Assembly: GCA_045532985.1 (NCBI GenBank)
Contig: JAZSGY010000015.1
Location: 7,743-71,742 of the forward strand
Reading direction: 5' to 3'
From: Eubacteriales bacterium
GTDB taxonomy: Bacteria > Bacillota > Clostridia > Oscillospirales > CAG-272
DNA: 64,000 nt
This document shows positions 9,700 to 19,366 of this stretch, piece after piece. Both the position numbers and the translations under genes were made by a program. Position 1 is the stretch's first letter, and every line of letters starts with the position of its first letter. Under the pieces are notes generated by a model. The model worked only from the letters and a program-made list of their open reading frames with translations. It was not told the origin of the DNA and searched no databases.

Positions 9700-9703
9700 C
9701 GGT

Positions 9704-9779
9704 TGGTGCTCCTGCGGAGACTCGAACTCCGGACACCTTGATTAAAAGTCAAGTGCTCTACCGTCTGAGCTACAGGGGC
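9704..9779 (-). tRNA. tRNA-Lys (anticodon UUU)
   Basis: The reverse complement reads GCCCCTGTAGCTCAGACGGTAGAGCACTTGACTTTTAATCAAGGTGTCCGGAGTTCGAGTCTCCGCAGGAGCACCA. It has D and T arms, anticodon loop CTTTTAA and an encoded CCA. One C-A mismatch sits in the acceptor stem. Confidence 0.9.
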
Positions 9780-9796
9780 ATTTACAGCACCCTTAT

Positions 9797-9825
9797 ATAT
9801 TATCACACGGCAGGATGTTTGTCAA
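9797..9825 (-). promoter_or_regulatory. sigma-A promoter for tRNA-Lys
   Basis: On the minus strand: TTGACA (9825-9820), a 17 nt spacer, then TAATAT (9802-9797). Confidence 0.65.
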
Positions 9826-9851
9826 GCATTATTTTGGAATTTTTTATTTTT

Positions 9852-11111
9852 TTAGCCGTATACCGATGCCGCTCCAAGTGCCGCCTCGATCTTTAAAAGC
9901 CGATTGTATTTCGCCACTCGCTCACTTCGACAAGGTGCCCCCGTTTTGATAAACCCAGAGGACGTACCGATTGCAAGATCGGCGATCGTGGTATCGTCCG
10001 TCTCGCCCGAGCGGTGTGAAACGATAAACTCGTATCCCGTGTGAACCGCAAGTGCAATGACGTCGAGCGTCTCGCTCAGCGTACCGATCTGGTTCGGCTT
10101 GATCAGGATCGCGTTGCCGGCACTCTGCCGTGCCCCCTCGATGAGTCTTTCCGTATTGGTAACGAACAGATCGTCGCCGACGAGCATTACGCGATCTCCG
10201 ATCTCCTGATTCAATACGCGCCAATGCTCAAAATCGTTTTCGGAAAGTCCGTCCTCGATCGAAATGATCGGATACGCCGCACACAGCTCCTTCCAATAAG
10301 AGATCAACCCTTCAGCGGTGTATTCTGTTTTTGCCTTCGGTAGCTTGTAGCCTTCCCCGCTTTGCCATTCACTTGCCGCTGCATCAAGTGCAAGCTTCAC
10401 GGTGCTTTCGTCGTATCCTGCCTTACGGATGGCGGAAAGGATCAGCTCGATCGCCTCCTCTGCCCCCGAAAGGTCGGGCGCAAAGCCGCCTTCATCCCCG
10501 ACCGTTGTAGCGTACCCCTTTTCCCGTAAAATACGACCAAGCGCGTGATAAACGCCGCTACCGATCTCCATTGCCTCAGCAAAGGACTCCGCCCCTACGG
10601 GGAGGATCATAAACTCCTGGATATCCAGATTGTTTGCCGCGTGCGCGCCACCGTTGAGAATATTCATCATAGGGATCGGCAGACGCGTTGCACCGACTCC
10701 GCCAATATACCTGAAAAGCGGGATCTCAAGTGAATTTGCGGCGGCACGCGCCGCGGCAAGGGATACACCAAGGATCGCGTTGGCACCGAGACGGCTTTTG
10801 TTTTTCGTACCGTCGAGCTTTATCATCGTGCTGTCGATCTCGTACTGCTCGAATGCGCTGATCCCCGATATTGCCGGGGAAATAAGCTTATTCACGTTGT
10901 AAACCGCCTGGGTGACAGCCTTCCCACCGTAGTGCGCAGCATCCTTATCTCTCAGCTCATGCGCCTCGTAGCTTCCCGTTGACGCACCCGATGGAACCCC
11001 TGCGATCCCCACCGTTCCGTCGCTCAGAGTTACCGTTGCCTCAACGGTAGGATTTCCGCGCGAATCAAGGATCTGTCGCGCGGCGGCTTTTACAATTTGT
11101 ATTTTTCGCAT
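9852..11111 (-). CDS. eno: enolase (phosphopyruvate hydratase)
   Basis: The N-terminus ARQILDSRGNPTVEA...SGASTGSYEAHELRD and the C-terminal IKTGAPCRSERVAKYNRLLKIE are classic enolase blocks. Confidence 0.95.
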   Translation of the reverse strand: MRKIQIVKAAARQILDSRGNPTVEATVTLSDGTVGIAGVPSGASTGSYEAHELRDKDAAHYGGKAVTQAVYNVNKLISPAISGISAFEQYEIDSTMIKLDGTKNKSRLGANAILGVSLAAARAAANSLEIPLFRYIGGVGATRLPIPMMNILNGGAHAANNLDIQEFMILPVGAESFAEAMEIGSGVYHALGRILREKGYATTVGDEGGFAPDLSGAEEAIELILSAIRKAGYDESTVKLALDAAASEWQSGEGYKLPKAKTEYTAEGLISYWKELCAAYPIISIEDGLSENDFEHWRVLNQEIGDRVMLVGDDLFVTNTERLIEGARQSAGNAILIKPNQIGTLSETLDVIALAVHTGYEFIVSHRSGETDDTTIADLAIGTSSGFIKTGAPCRSERVAKYNRLLKIEAALGAASVYG

Positions 11112-11242
11112 TGCTACACCTCCATGCTTGTTTCCTTGGTATTATTCTCAATCCTCTCACATATCATACTTTTTGTTTCTTTCAAAAAGCGTGAAGGATA
11201 CATATAATGAAAAAGAAATGACTACGTAAAGGAAGCATAGTA

Positions 11243-12421
11243 ATGATCTTATATCACGTAAAAAGCGGTGATTCCATTTTCAGAATTGCCCGCACGTTTG
11301 GCGTTTCCGCCGTCAAGCTGATGGAGGACAACCGCATTCTGACCCCTGAGCATCTTGCAGAGGGCGACTGTATTCTTATCTCACAGCCAACGCAGATCTA
11401 TACGGTGGGTGGCGGCGACACGCTTGCACGCATCGCCGCAAGATTTGGAGTAAGTCTTGGAAGCCTTTTGCGCAACAACCCCTCACTTGTCGGAAAAACG
11501 AAGCTTTATCCCGGGCAGAACCTATCAATACGGCTACAATCGCCAAGGGGTGGCACGCTTTTGACGCACGCCTATGCAACGGGTGGCGAGTCCGATGACG
11601 AGCTTTGTTCTCTCTTACCTTATTTATCCAACCTATGTTATCTCGGTGCTTTTATATCACCCGAGCGCGGACTTACGATCCCACAGCGTGCGGAAAGAAT
11701 ACGGTCACTTTGCAAGGAATACGGCGTGCATGAGTTTATAAGGCTTCCCTACGATGCGTTGGTTCCGTTAACTGCGGAAACGCTTTCGGTGATCGTACGG
11801 GACGGATGGCACGGTCTTGAGGTATCCGTCCCGCCGTCGGGCGACGTCGACAGTGCCGCCATCAAGCGCTTACGCGAGGATCTGAGAAGCTTTAACAGGG
11901 CTCTCTTTTTACACGTAAATGCCGGTTTTGAAAACGCTCCCGCAGTCATTGCCGAACTGACGAAGTATGCCGATGCAGTCGTCTGGGAGACGCCTCCTTC
12001 TCCATCGATCTCCCTTGAGGAAGAGTGTCTGCTCCTTGAACGCATAAGCGAAGCTTGTGATTCCGACAAGATCATCCCACTTCTTACTGCGTGCGGCGTT
12101 GACACTGCAGCCGAGAGAGTCACACGAATCCCGCTTTCAAAGGTCGCAATGCTTGCCGCACAAAAAAATGCCGCCATATCCTACGACGTGGATCTGGCGA
12201 CATCAGGTTTTTATTATAAAATACATCACGGTGGTAAAAGCATTGAGCATCACGTTGAGTGTATGCTGACGGACGGTTTTTCGTCAAGGATACACAGAAT
12301 GGACGCATTCGGCTTTCGCGGGATCGGCATCACGGAAGCGCTTCCGTTTTACGCACCGCTTTGGCTGATGCTTCAATCCGACTTCCGAATTCTTAAGGGC
12401 GTTTTTGGAAGGCTGTGCTGA
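11243..12421 (+). CDS. LysM-LysM protein with a C-terminal TIM-barrel-like (GH18/YaaH-like) region
   Basis: Two LysM repeats (YHVKSGDSIFRIARTFGVS... and YTVGGGDTLARIAARFGVS...) followed by about 280 aa. The C-terminal assignment is tentative. Confidence 0.7.
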   Translation: MILYHVKSGDSIFRIARTFGVSAVKLMEDNRILTPEHLAEGDCILISQPTQIYTVGGGDTLARIAARFGVSLGSLLRNNPSLVGKTKLYPGQNLSIRLQSPRGGTLLTHAYATGGESDDELCSLLPYLSNLCYLGAFISPERGLTIPQRAERIRSLCKEYGVHEFIRLPYDALVPLTAETLSVIVRDGWHGLEVSVPPSGDVDSAAIKRLREDLRSFNRALFLHVNAGFENAPAVIAELTKYADAVVWETPPSPSISLEEECLLLERISEACDSDKIIPLLTACGVDTAAERVTRIPLSKVAMLAAQKNAAISYDVDLATSGFYYKIHHGGKSIEHHVECMLTDGFSSRIHRMDAFGFRGIGITEALPFYAPLWLMLQSDFRILKGVFGRLC

Positions 12422-13207
12422 TCAGAGCCCGAAGATGCGTTTTGCGTTGTCCGAGGTGATCGCCGCGACCTCCTCGACCGAGATCTCCCAAAGCACCGCA
12501 AGCGCCTCTGCCGTATAGCGAAGATATCCCGAATGGTTCAAGCGACCGCGATAAGGATGCGGCGCAAGGTAAGGGGCATCGGTTTCGATCAGCACGGATT
12601 CACGCGGTAAGGCGCGTGCAACCTCTGCAACCTTCGCCGCATTTTTGAAGCTCACGGTTCCCGAAAAGGAAATGTAATAACCGCGGCGGATCAGATCCTT
12701 TGCCATTTCATAGCTACCGCTGTAGCTATGAAACACACCCGTCACACCGGGATGACGCAAAACGGCTGTATGAATATCGCCGTGCGCTTCCCTGTCGTGG
12801 ATCAACACGGGCATTGACGTTTCGCGGGCAAGCGTAAGCTGTGCCTCAAAATACCGCATCTGATGCTCCCGCGGCACGTCGTCCCAGTGGTAATCGAGTC
12901 CGATCTCGCCGAGTGCGACGATCTTGTTCGCATCCTTTTCCCGGATCAACGACTCAATTTCCGCCACGGCGGCATCGGGATCGCCCGAAAGCTCGCCCGA
13001 ATCCGAGGGATGAATGCCGACTGCGGCATAAAGTTTTGGGAAAGCCCTCGCCTGCGCAATGGCAAGGCGCGAGGTACTCGGTGACGTACCGACGTTGACC
13101 GCGCCCAAAAGCCCGTCTGCAAACAGATCGGCAAGCAGGGGGGCGGCACCGCCGATCTCCTCATCAAAGCGGCTGTCCCAATAATGGGCGTGTGAATCAA
13201 AAAACAT
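12422..13207 (-). CDS. tatD: TatD-family metal-dependent hydrolase
   Basis: FDSHAHY at the N-terminus, plus EIGLDYHW, FHSYSGS and ETDAPYL blocks. The ATG overlaps the metG stop by 1 nt (TGATG). Confidence 0.9.
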   Translation of the reverse strand: MFFDSHAHYWDSRFDEEIGGAAPLLADLFADGLLGAVNVGTSPSTSRLAIAQARAFPKLYAAVGIHPSDSGELSGDPDAAVAEIESLIREKDANKIVALGEIGLDYHWDDVPREHQMRYFEAQLTLARETSMPVLIHDREAHGDIHTAVLRHPGVTGVFHSYSGSYEMAKDLIRRGYYISFSGTVSFKNAAKVAEVARALPRESVLIETDAPYLAPHPYRGRLNHSGYLRYTAEALAVLWEISVEEVAAITSDNAKRIFGL

Positions 13208-15147
13208 CAGTGGATGCGCTCGCCAAGAGGCGTTTCGGGGTCAAGGAAGATCACACGGACCTGTTCCTCACCCGATGCGAGAAGCATACCGAAGCTCTCG
13301 ACACCGCAAAGCTTGGCGGGTGCGAGGTTTGCAACGATCGCGATCTTTTTGCCGATCAGCTGATCGGGCGTGTAGAATTTAGCAATTCCCGAAACGATCT
13401 GACGCTTTTCGTATCCAAGGTCGACCTGAAGCTTCAGAAGCTTCTTTGCCTTCGGCACGGGCTCGCAAGCAATGATCTGCGCGGTGCGCAGCTCTACCTT
13501 TGCAAAGCTGTCAATGCCGATCTCTTCCTCACGGTCAGAAGGAGCCTCTGCCGCACGTGCCGCCTTCTCTGCCGCTTCCTTCTTCGCCTGTTGCTCAGCC
13601 AAGAACTTCGCCTCGTCAATTCGCGCAAAGAGCGTGAACGCCTCGCCAAGCTTTTCGCCCGATTTCAGCGCGCCGAAAGTGGCAAGACTGTCGTAGGAAA
13701 CGACGTCGGTTGCGATCTGCTTCTGAATGTTTTCTGCAGTCGTAGGGATAAAGGGCGTAAGAAGAACCGATGCGATACGGATCGTCTCCAGAAGATTGTA
13801 AAGAACGGTGCCGAGGCGCTCCTTCTGTGCAGGATCCTTTGCAAGCGCCCAAGGTGTCGTTTCGTCAATGTATTTGTTCGCACGGCGCAGCATCGTGAAG
13901 ATCGATTCAAGCGCGTCCGCGATATGATAATCCTCCATCAGCCGACGGGAATCGGCAATTGCCGCGCGAGTCGATGCGATCAGCTCCTCATCAAGCGCCG
14001 CCGACGCCGTCGGTGCGGGGATCACGCCGTCAAAATACTTGACCGTCATCGCGTGAGTACGGCTGACAAGGTTACCGAGATTGTTGGCAAGATCCGTATT
14101 GTAACGGTTGATCACGTTCTCGTAGGTAATGCTTCCGTCGTTGACGTAGGGCATCTCGGAAAGTGCATAATAACGCACACCGTCGACCGAAAAAGCCTCC
14201 GCAAGCTCGTCCGCATACACGACGTTGCCCTTGGATTTCGACATCTTGTCCACGCCGAAATTGAACCACGGGTGACCGAACACCTTCTTCGGGAGCGGAA
14301 GCTCGTGCGCCGTCAGAATGATCGGCCAATAGATCGTGTGGAAGCGCAGAATATCCTTACCGATAATGTGTACGTCGGCAGGCCAATAATGCTTGAACTT
14401 CTCGGGTTGCTCCGCCAATTCGGGATCGTAGCCGAGTGCCGTGATATAGTTCGACAGCGCGTCGATCCAGACGTAGATCACGTGCTTATCGTCAAAGGTA
14501 ACGGGCACGCCCCATTTGAAGGAGGAACGCGAAACGCAAAGGTCCTGCAGGCCCGCCTTCAGGAAGTTGTTGACCATTTCCTTCTTGCGTGCCTCGGGCT
14601 CAATGAATTCGGGGTGATCCTCAATATACTTGATCAGGCGGTCGGCATACTTGCTCATCGCAAAGAAATACGCCTCCTCCTTTGCCCTTTGAACGGGTCT
14701 GCCGCAGTCGGGGCAAACGCCGCCCTCAGCCTGCGTGTCGGTGAAAAAGGACTCGCAGGGAGTGCAGTACCATCCCTCGTATTCGCTCTTGTAAATATCA
14801 CCCTTGTCGTACAGCTTTTTGAAGATGTGCTGTACGGAGCGCACGTGCTCCTCGTCGGTCGTACGGATGAAGTGGTCGTAGCTTGCGCCCATCAGATCCC
14901 AGATCTTGCGGATCTCACCCGAAACGCCGTCAACGTACTCCTGCGGAGAGATCCCCGCCTCGTTTGCAAGCGTCTCGATCTTTTGTCCGTGCTCGTCCGT
15001 GCCCGTGCAGAAAAACACGTCGTGGCCGAGCTGTCGCTGAAAGCGTGCGATCGCATCGGTCAGAATGATCTCGTATGTATTGCCGAAATGCGGCTTGCGC
15101 GAGCTGTACGCGATCGCGCTCGTGATATAAAACTTTTTCTTCTCCAT
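13207..15147 (-). CDS. metG: methionine--tRNA ligase with a C-terminal tRNA-binding domain
   Basis: The HFGN (HIGH-type) and KMSKSKGN (KMSKS) class I motifs, a CPDCG zinc knuckle, and a C-terminal Trbp111-like domain (LRTAQIIACEPVPKAKKLLKLQVDLG). Confidence 0.95.
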   Translation of the reverse strand: MEKKKFYITSAIAYSSRKPHFGNTYEIILTDAIARFQRQLGHDVFFCTGTDEHGQKIETLANEAGISPQEYVDGVSGEIRKIWDLMGASYDHFIRTTDEEHVRSVQHIFKKLYDKGDIYKSEYEGWYCTPCESFFTDTQAEGGVCPDCGRPVQRAKEEAYFFAMSKYADRLIKYIEDHPEFIEPEARKKEMVNNFLKAGLQDLCVSRSSFKWGVPVTFDDKHVIYVWIDALSNYITALGYDPELAEQPEKFKHYWPADVHIIGKDILRFHTIYWPIILTAHELPLPKKVFGHPWFNFGVDKMSKSKGNVVYADELAEAFSVDGVRYYALSEMPYVNDGSITYENVINRYNTDLANNLGNLVSRTHAMTVKYFDGVIPAPTASAALDEELIASTRAAIADSRRLMEDYHIADALESIFTMLRRANKYIDETTPWALAKDPAQKERLGTVLYNLLETIRIASVLLTPFIPTTAENIQKQIATDVVSYDSLATFGALKSGEKLGEAFTLFARIDEAKFLAEQQAKKEAAEKAARAAEAPSDREEEIGIDSFAKVELRTAQIIACEPVPKAKKLLKLQVDLGYEKRQIVSGIAKFYTPDQLIGKKIAIVANLAPAKLCGVESFGMLLASGEEQVRVIFLDPETPLGERIH

Positions 15148-15171
15148 AACCTGAAACCTCCGAAAATAATA

Positions 15172-16065
15172 TCATTTATGCTCGGGCAAGCCCGATACGA
15201 AAACGGATGCGTAAAGGGCATGCGCCATTAAAAACTTAGGAATACCGTAAAGCACGGCGTAAAGACCGAGGGTAAAAAACGAAAGAACGACCCCCGGCAA
15301 GCGTCCGATATAAAACCGCAGAAGCTCCCATCTGTGTCCATACACGGCGTCGCGGCTTTTACGGAAGCAAGCCGACGTGCATACGCCGTGATCGCACAGC
15401 AAACGGTAGGCGATCGAAATATGAGTATCCACGGAAAAAAGGACAAACAGTAAAAGAAGCGAAAGGGACAGCAAAACAGCGGAGCCGTACACGAGAGATG
15501 CTGCCGCAATATTTCCGTAGGAAAGCAACAGATCTGCCGCTAAACTTGCGATGATCGCCGTGGCGCAGATCGATATAGCAAGACAGAGCGTACGCCGTAC
15601 GGAACGCAAAAACGACCGCAAAGCAAAGCGACGAAGCCATTTTTTTGAAAAGGGGTAAAAGATGCTCTGCTCGGGATACTCTGCCCCGCGCGCGACCGCA
15701 AACGAATAGGCGTAAAGCCCGTAAAGCAACGGGATGACGGTAAACATCGCGAATGAAAGAGACAGAAGCGAAGCGAGGGGAAACGAAAGGTACGGTGCGA
15801 CCCGCGACAAAAGCGAAAAAAGACCGCTATGGTACACCAACGCATAGGAAAGATAAGTCGCGCCCGCAGTGGCAAGCAAAAGCAGTCCCACACCGCCGCG
15901 AAGCGTGCGGAGAACGTCCTTATCCCTCAGGATCCATCGCGCTTCACGTAAAAGGAGCGCACGGCGCACCGCGGGTTTTGTGATATCGGGCGTTTGATCC
16001 TGCTTCTTTGAGCTTTTCATGTTTTTCTCCTTGACAGATACGATTTCTGTATCCATATTTGCCAT
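15172..16065 (-). CDS. polytopic membrane protein of unknown function
   Basis: 297 aa ORF with several long hydrophobic segments. It lies 24 nt upstream of metG on the same strand. No motif recognised, and the start codon is uncertain. Confidence 0.55.
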   Translation of the reverse strand: MANMDTEIVSVKEKNMKSSKKQDQTPDITKPAVRRALLLREARWILRDKDVLRTLRGGVGLLLLATAGATYLSYALVYHSGLFSLLSRVAPYLSFPLASLLSLSFAMFTVIPLLYGLYAYSFAVARGAEYPEQSIFYPFSKKWLRRFALRSFLRSVRRTLCLAISICATAIIASLAADLLLSYGNIAAASLVYGSAVLLSLSLLLLFVLFSVDTHISIAYRLLCDHGVCTSACFRKSRDAVYGHRWELLRFYIGRLPGVVLSFFTLGLYAVLYGIPKFLMAHALYASVFVSGLPEHK

Positions 16066-16193
16066 AAAACGGAAGCTTTATGCAGTCAAAGAGACAACAT
16101 TCCTGATTTTATATTATAACACATAAAAAGTAGGATTACAAGATAATTTTGACTGAAAAAGTTAATATTTCTCCTCTTTTATTTAAAAATTAT

Positions 16194-16222
16194 TTGACAT
16201 CACCCATTAAGTTTGATATAAT
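16194..16222 (+). promoter_or_regulatory. sigma-A promoter for the holB-ricT operon
   Basis: TTGACA (16194-16199), a 17 nt spacer, then TATAAT (16217-16222). Confidence 0.7.
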
Positions 16223-16252
16223 GTAATTGTATTATCTCATTGGGGGTTCGGC

Positions 16253-17275
16253 ATGCAAGAATGGTTTTCCGAATTATACGGAAATGACGCGCAAAAAAAG
16301 CGCATCGGTGCGGCGATCCGCGACCGAAAGCTACCCCATGCCTTGATTCTTGAAGGAGCAGACGGAAGCGGAAAAATGTTTTTTGCAAGACAGATCGCCG
16401 CCGCGCTCTCTTGCAAGAGCGAGGGAGCACGCCCCTGTGGGCAATGCCCTTCTTGTCAGAAGATCCAAAGCGGAATCTCCCCCGACGTTACCGTGATCGA
16501 CCGCGGCGACCGTGCGACCGTCGGCGTTGACGCCGTGCGTGAGGCACGCTCGGATATGTATTTGTCTGCGACCGAAGAGGAGCACAAGGTCTATATCTTC
16601 AACGACGCACATACGATGAACGATGCTGCTCAAAATGCGTTGCTCATCGTGCTGGAGGAGCCGCCACCGCAGGTTCACATCCTTCTTTTGGCGGAAAATG
16701 CAGAGCGTCTTTTACAAACGGTACGTAGCCGTGCCATGACCTTCCGTATGAATCTGTTCACACCGCAACAGATCGCAGACTACCTTCTTAAAAACGATCC
16801 GCGTGCCGAGCGACTTTACAGCACCGACCGACAGAAGTTTGATGCCGCGATCTACGGTGCGGGTGGCTGCATCGGTTCGGCGATCGAGGCGCTTGATCCT
16901 ACGCGTGCCGAGGAGCTTGCCGAACGGCGAACGATCATTCACCGGATCATACGCGCCATCGCGTCACGCATGGATTACCCGTCGGTCTTTCAGGCGTTTT
17001 CGGAACTTCCCCAACAAAAGCGGCAGGAGCTTTGCGACATCTTGCTTGAGCTGACCGAAGCGATCCGCGATCTGATCGCGATCAAGCGCGCCCCCGACGT
17101 TCCCCTTCTCTATTTTGCAGACAGAGCCGTGGCAGAGGAGCTTTCCGACTCGCTTGGTATCGTGCGCCTGTTCCGTTTATACGAGCGGATCGACGCTGCA
17201 ATATCCGCACTTTCCCGCAACGCCAATATCAACGCGGTGATGACGCTTTTGATCACCGACGTGCAAAACTTATAA
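16253..17275 (+). CDS. holB: DNA polymerase III delta-prime subunit
   Basis: The clamp-loader AAA+ fold signature LPHALILEGADGSGK, a Zn module CGQCPSCQK, and the SRA(M) sensor motif (TVRSRAMTF). Confidence 0.9.
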   Translation: MQEWFSELYGNDAQKKRIGAAIRDRKLPHALILEGADGSGKMFFARQIAAALSCKSEGARPCGQCPSCQKIQSGISPDVTVIDRGDRATVGVDAVREARSDMYLSATEEEHKVYIFNDAHTMNDAAQNALLIVLEEPPPQVHILLLAENAERLLQTVRSRAMTFRMNLFTPQQIADYLLKNDPRAERLYSTDRQKFDAAIYGAGGCIGSAIEALDPTRAEELAERRTIIHRIIRAIASRMDYPSVFQAFSELPQQKRQELCDILLELTEAIRDLIAIKRAPDVPLLYFADRAVAEELSDSLGIVRLFRLYERIDAAISALSRNANINAVMTLLITDVQNL

Positions 17276-17293
17276 ATCGCAAAGGAAAACCGT

Positions 17294-18223
17294 ATGGAAA
17301 AAGAAAACAAAAGAAAAAGCCGCTCCGAGGAGCTGAATCTTGAAAATCTGCCCGATGAGATAGAGGTGATCGGCGTCAGCTTCCGCAGCTCGAGCAAGGT
17401 ATATTATTTTTCGCCGAAGGGGCTCATCGTAAAGGCGGGCGCCGCCGTGATCGTCGAGACCGCGCGCGGTCTTGAATACGGGCGCGTGACGATGTCAAAC
17501 AAAACCGTGAAAAAGAGCGAGATCATTCCGCCTCTGCGCACCATCATCCGAATTGCCAACAGCGAGGATGCGGAGCGCAACGAGGCAAACCGCCGTCTTG
17601 AGGAAGAGGCAATGCGGATCTGCAAGAAAAAGGTTGCAGAGCATAAGCTTGAGATGAATATGGTCGACGTTGAATACACGTTTGACAATCAAAAGCTACT
17701 CTTCTATTTCACCTCCGAGGGGCGCGTTGATTTCCGTGATCTCGTAAAGGATCTTGCAGGCGTTTTTAAAACTCGCATCGAGCTTCGTCAGATCGGTATC
17801 CGCGACGAGGCAAAGATGCTCGGCGGTCTCGGCATCTGCGGCAGACCCTTTTGCTGCTCCAGCTTTCTTCCCGATTTCGTGCAGGTCACGATCAAAATGG
17901 CAAAGGAGCAGAACTTCTCCCTGAATTCCGCAAAGGTATCGGGAGCGTGCGGCAGACTGATGTGCTGTCTGCGCTACGAGCATGAGACCTACGAGGCGGC
18001 GATCAAGACCACACCGTCGGTCGGCTCGATCGTCAGCACGGCAAACGGTCAGGGCGTTGTGATCGAGACAAGACCCCTTGAGCAATCGATCCGCGTCCGC
18101 CTCGATGACAAGCAGGAGTCGCCTAAGCTGTACGCCTGTGCTGACGTCAAGGTTTTGAAGGGCGGCAAACAGAATCAGGTGCCCGTAGAACCGCAAAACA
18201 CCGATAAAAAACAAGGAAATTAA
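17294..18223 (+). CDS. ricT: PSP1 domain protein (RicT/YaaT, stage 0 sporulation family)
   Basis: A PSP1 C-terminal domain with the Cys-rich GICGRPFCCSSFL...CGRLMCCLRYEH block. The conserved holB-yaaT gene order is present. Confidence 0.9.
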   Translation: MEKENKRKSRSEELNLENLPDEIEVIGVSFRSSSKVYYFSPKGLIVKAGAAVIVETARGLEYGRVTMSNKTVKKSEIIPPLRTIIRIANSEDAERNEANRRLEEEAMRICKKKVAEHKLEMNMVDVEYTFDNQKLLFYFTSEGRVDFRDLVKDLAGVFKTRIELRQIGIRDEAKMLGGLGICGRPFCCSSFLPDFVQVTIKMAKEQNFSLNSAKVSGACGRLMCCLRYEHETYEAAIKTTPSVGSIVSTANGQGVVIETRPLEQSIRVRLDDKQESPKLYACADVKVLKGGKQNQVPVEPQNTDKKQGN

Positions 18224-18326
18224 TTCTTTTTACATCAAATTCTATATTTTTTCAAAAAACACTTGATTTTTTTGTATGATGTGATACAATATTCTTGTAA
18301 TCTCAAGTTTTATGGAGGTATTAGAA

Positions 18327-18500
18327 ATGGCTTACAAAATTACCGATGAGTGCATCGCTTGCGGCGCTTGCGAGGGCGGTTGCCCCGTAGAGTGCATCAC
18401 CGAGGGCGACGGAAAGTACGAAATCAATGCAGAAGAGTGCATTGAGTGCGGCGCTTGCGCAGACGCTTGTCCTGTTGGCGCGCCTGTAAAGGACGAATAA
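18327..18500 (+). CDS. 2x[4Fe-4S] ferredoxin
   Basis: Two CxxCxxCxxxCP motifs (CIACGACEGGCP and CIECGACADACP). The ATG at 18327 follows a ggagg RBS. Confidence 0.9.
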   Translation: MAYKITDECIACGACEGGCPVECITEGDGKYEINAEECIECGACADACPVGAPVKDE

Positions 18501-18533
18501 TCCAAAAAGGAATACATAAAATTCCGAAAACGG

Positions 18534-18568
18534 AAACGGAGCGCGTAGATCCCTACCGCTCCGTTTTT
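18534..18568 (+). terminator. rho-independent terminator of the ferredoxin gene
   Basis: Stem aaacggagcg / cgctccgttt with a 13 nt loop, then a T-run. Confidence 0.7.
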
Positions 18569-18586
18569 ACTTAATTCGTAAAGGAA

Positions 18587-19366
18587 ATGCGTATGAAGGA
18601 AGAAGTGCTTTGCCGCCCCGATGAACGGTGTGACGCGGTGAATGAAAACCTGTTTTTGATCCAGCGTAAGGAAGGACTCACCTTCGGGACTGACGCTCTT
18701 TTGCTTGCCGCCTTCATCCGTGCGCAAAAGGGAGCGATCGCCGCCGAGCTTGGCTCCGGCACCGGTATTATTTCGATGCTGCTCGCTACACGCGAAAAAT
18801 TCGAGCATATTACAGCGGCGGAAATCCAGCCCATCTACGCCGAACTGACCGCACGCAACGTGGCGCTCAATCATTTAGAGGAACGCATCCGCGCCGTAGA
18901 GGCCGACGTAAGAGCTCCGCTCTCCATCGGGCCTTTGGGCTCCTTTGACGCGATATTTACCAATCCCCCCTATATGAAAACGACATCCGGCTATGCCAAC
19001 ACAGCCTCTGAAAAGAATGCGGCACGGCACGAGGTGAACGGTGATATCGGTGATTTTTGCTCCGCCGCGGCAAAGCTTTTGAAATACGGCGGTCGCTTCT
19101 ATACCGTATACAGAACCGACAGGATCGCAGATCTTTTATCCGCGATGCGAAAGGAAAGGCTTGAGCCGAAGCGAATGACCTTCGTCCACGCACACGTCGG
19201 TGCTCCGCCCTCAATGGTGCTGACCGAGGCACGCCTCGGAGCAGGGGTCGGCTTACGCATCACGCGCCCGCTGTTTCTGCACCGCGATCGGCAAGCGCGC
19301 ATCGCGACCGACGATATGGAAACAGTGTACGAAACGGGACTTCTCTTTCCCGAGGAGGATATCTAA
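18587..19366 (+). CDS. SAM-dependent N6-adenine methyltransferase (tRNA1(Val) m6A37 / YabB-like)
   Basis: The SAM-binding motif ELGSGTGII and the catalytic motif FTNPPYM. Confidence 0.8.
   Translation: MRMKEEVLCRPDERCDAVNENLFLIQRKEGLTFGTDALLLAAFIRAQKGAIAAELGSGTGIISMLLATREKFEHITAAEIQPIYAELTARNVALNHLEERIRAVEADVRAPLSIGPLGSFDAIFTNPPYMKTTSGYANTASEKNAARHEVNGDIGDFCSAAAKLLKYGGRFYTVYRTDRIADLLSAMRKERLEPKRMTFVHAHVGAPPSMVLTEARLGAGVGLRITRPLFLHRDRQARIATDDMETVYETGLLFPEEDI

Noticed and set aside
9639-9806. The N-terminal extension of the CobW-like ORF in the track (start at 9806).
   Set aside because: The extension translates straight through the tRNA-Lys gene and its terminator (AQTVEHLTFNQGVRSSSL is tRNA sequence). 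An internal ATG at 9638 has a good RBS.
13192-15231. A 679 aa plus-strand ORF covering the whole metG region.
   Set aside because: It is antisense to a clearly authentic metG. Its Arg/Leu/Val-rich low-complexity translation is typical of shadow ORFs in GC-rich coding DNA, and it has no recognisable motif or RBS.
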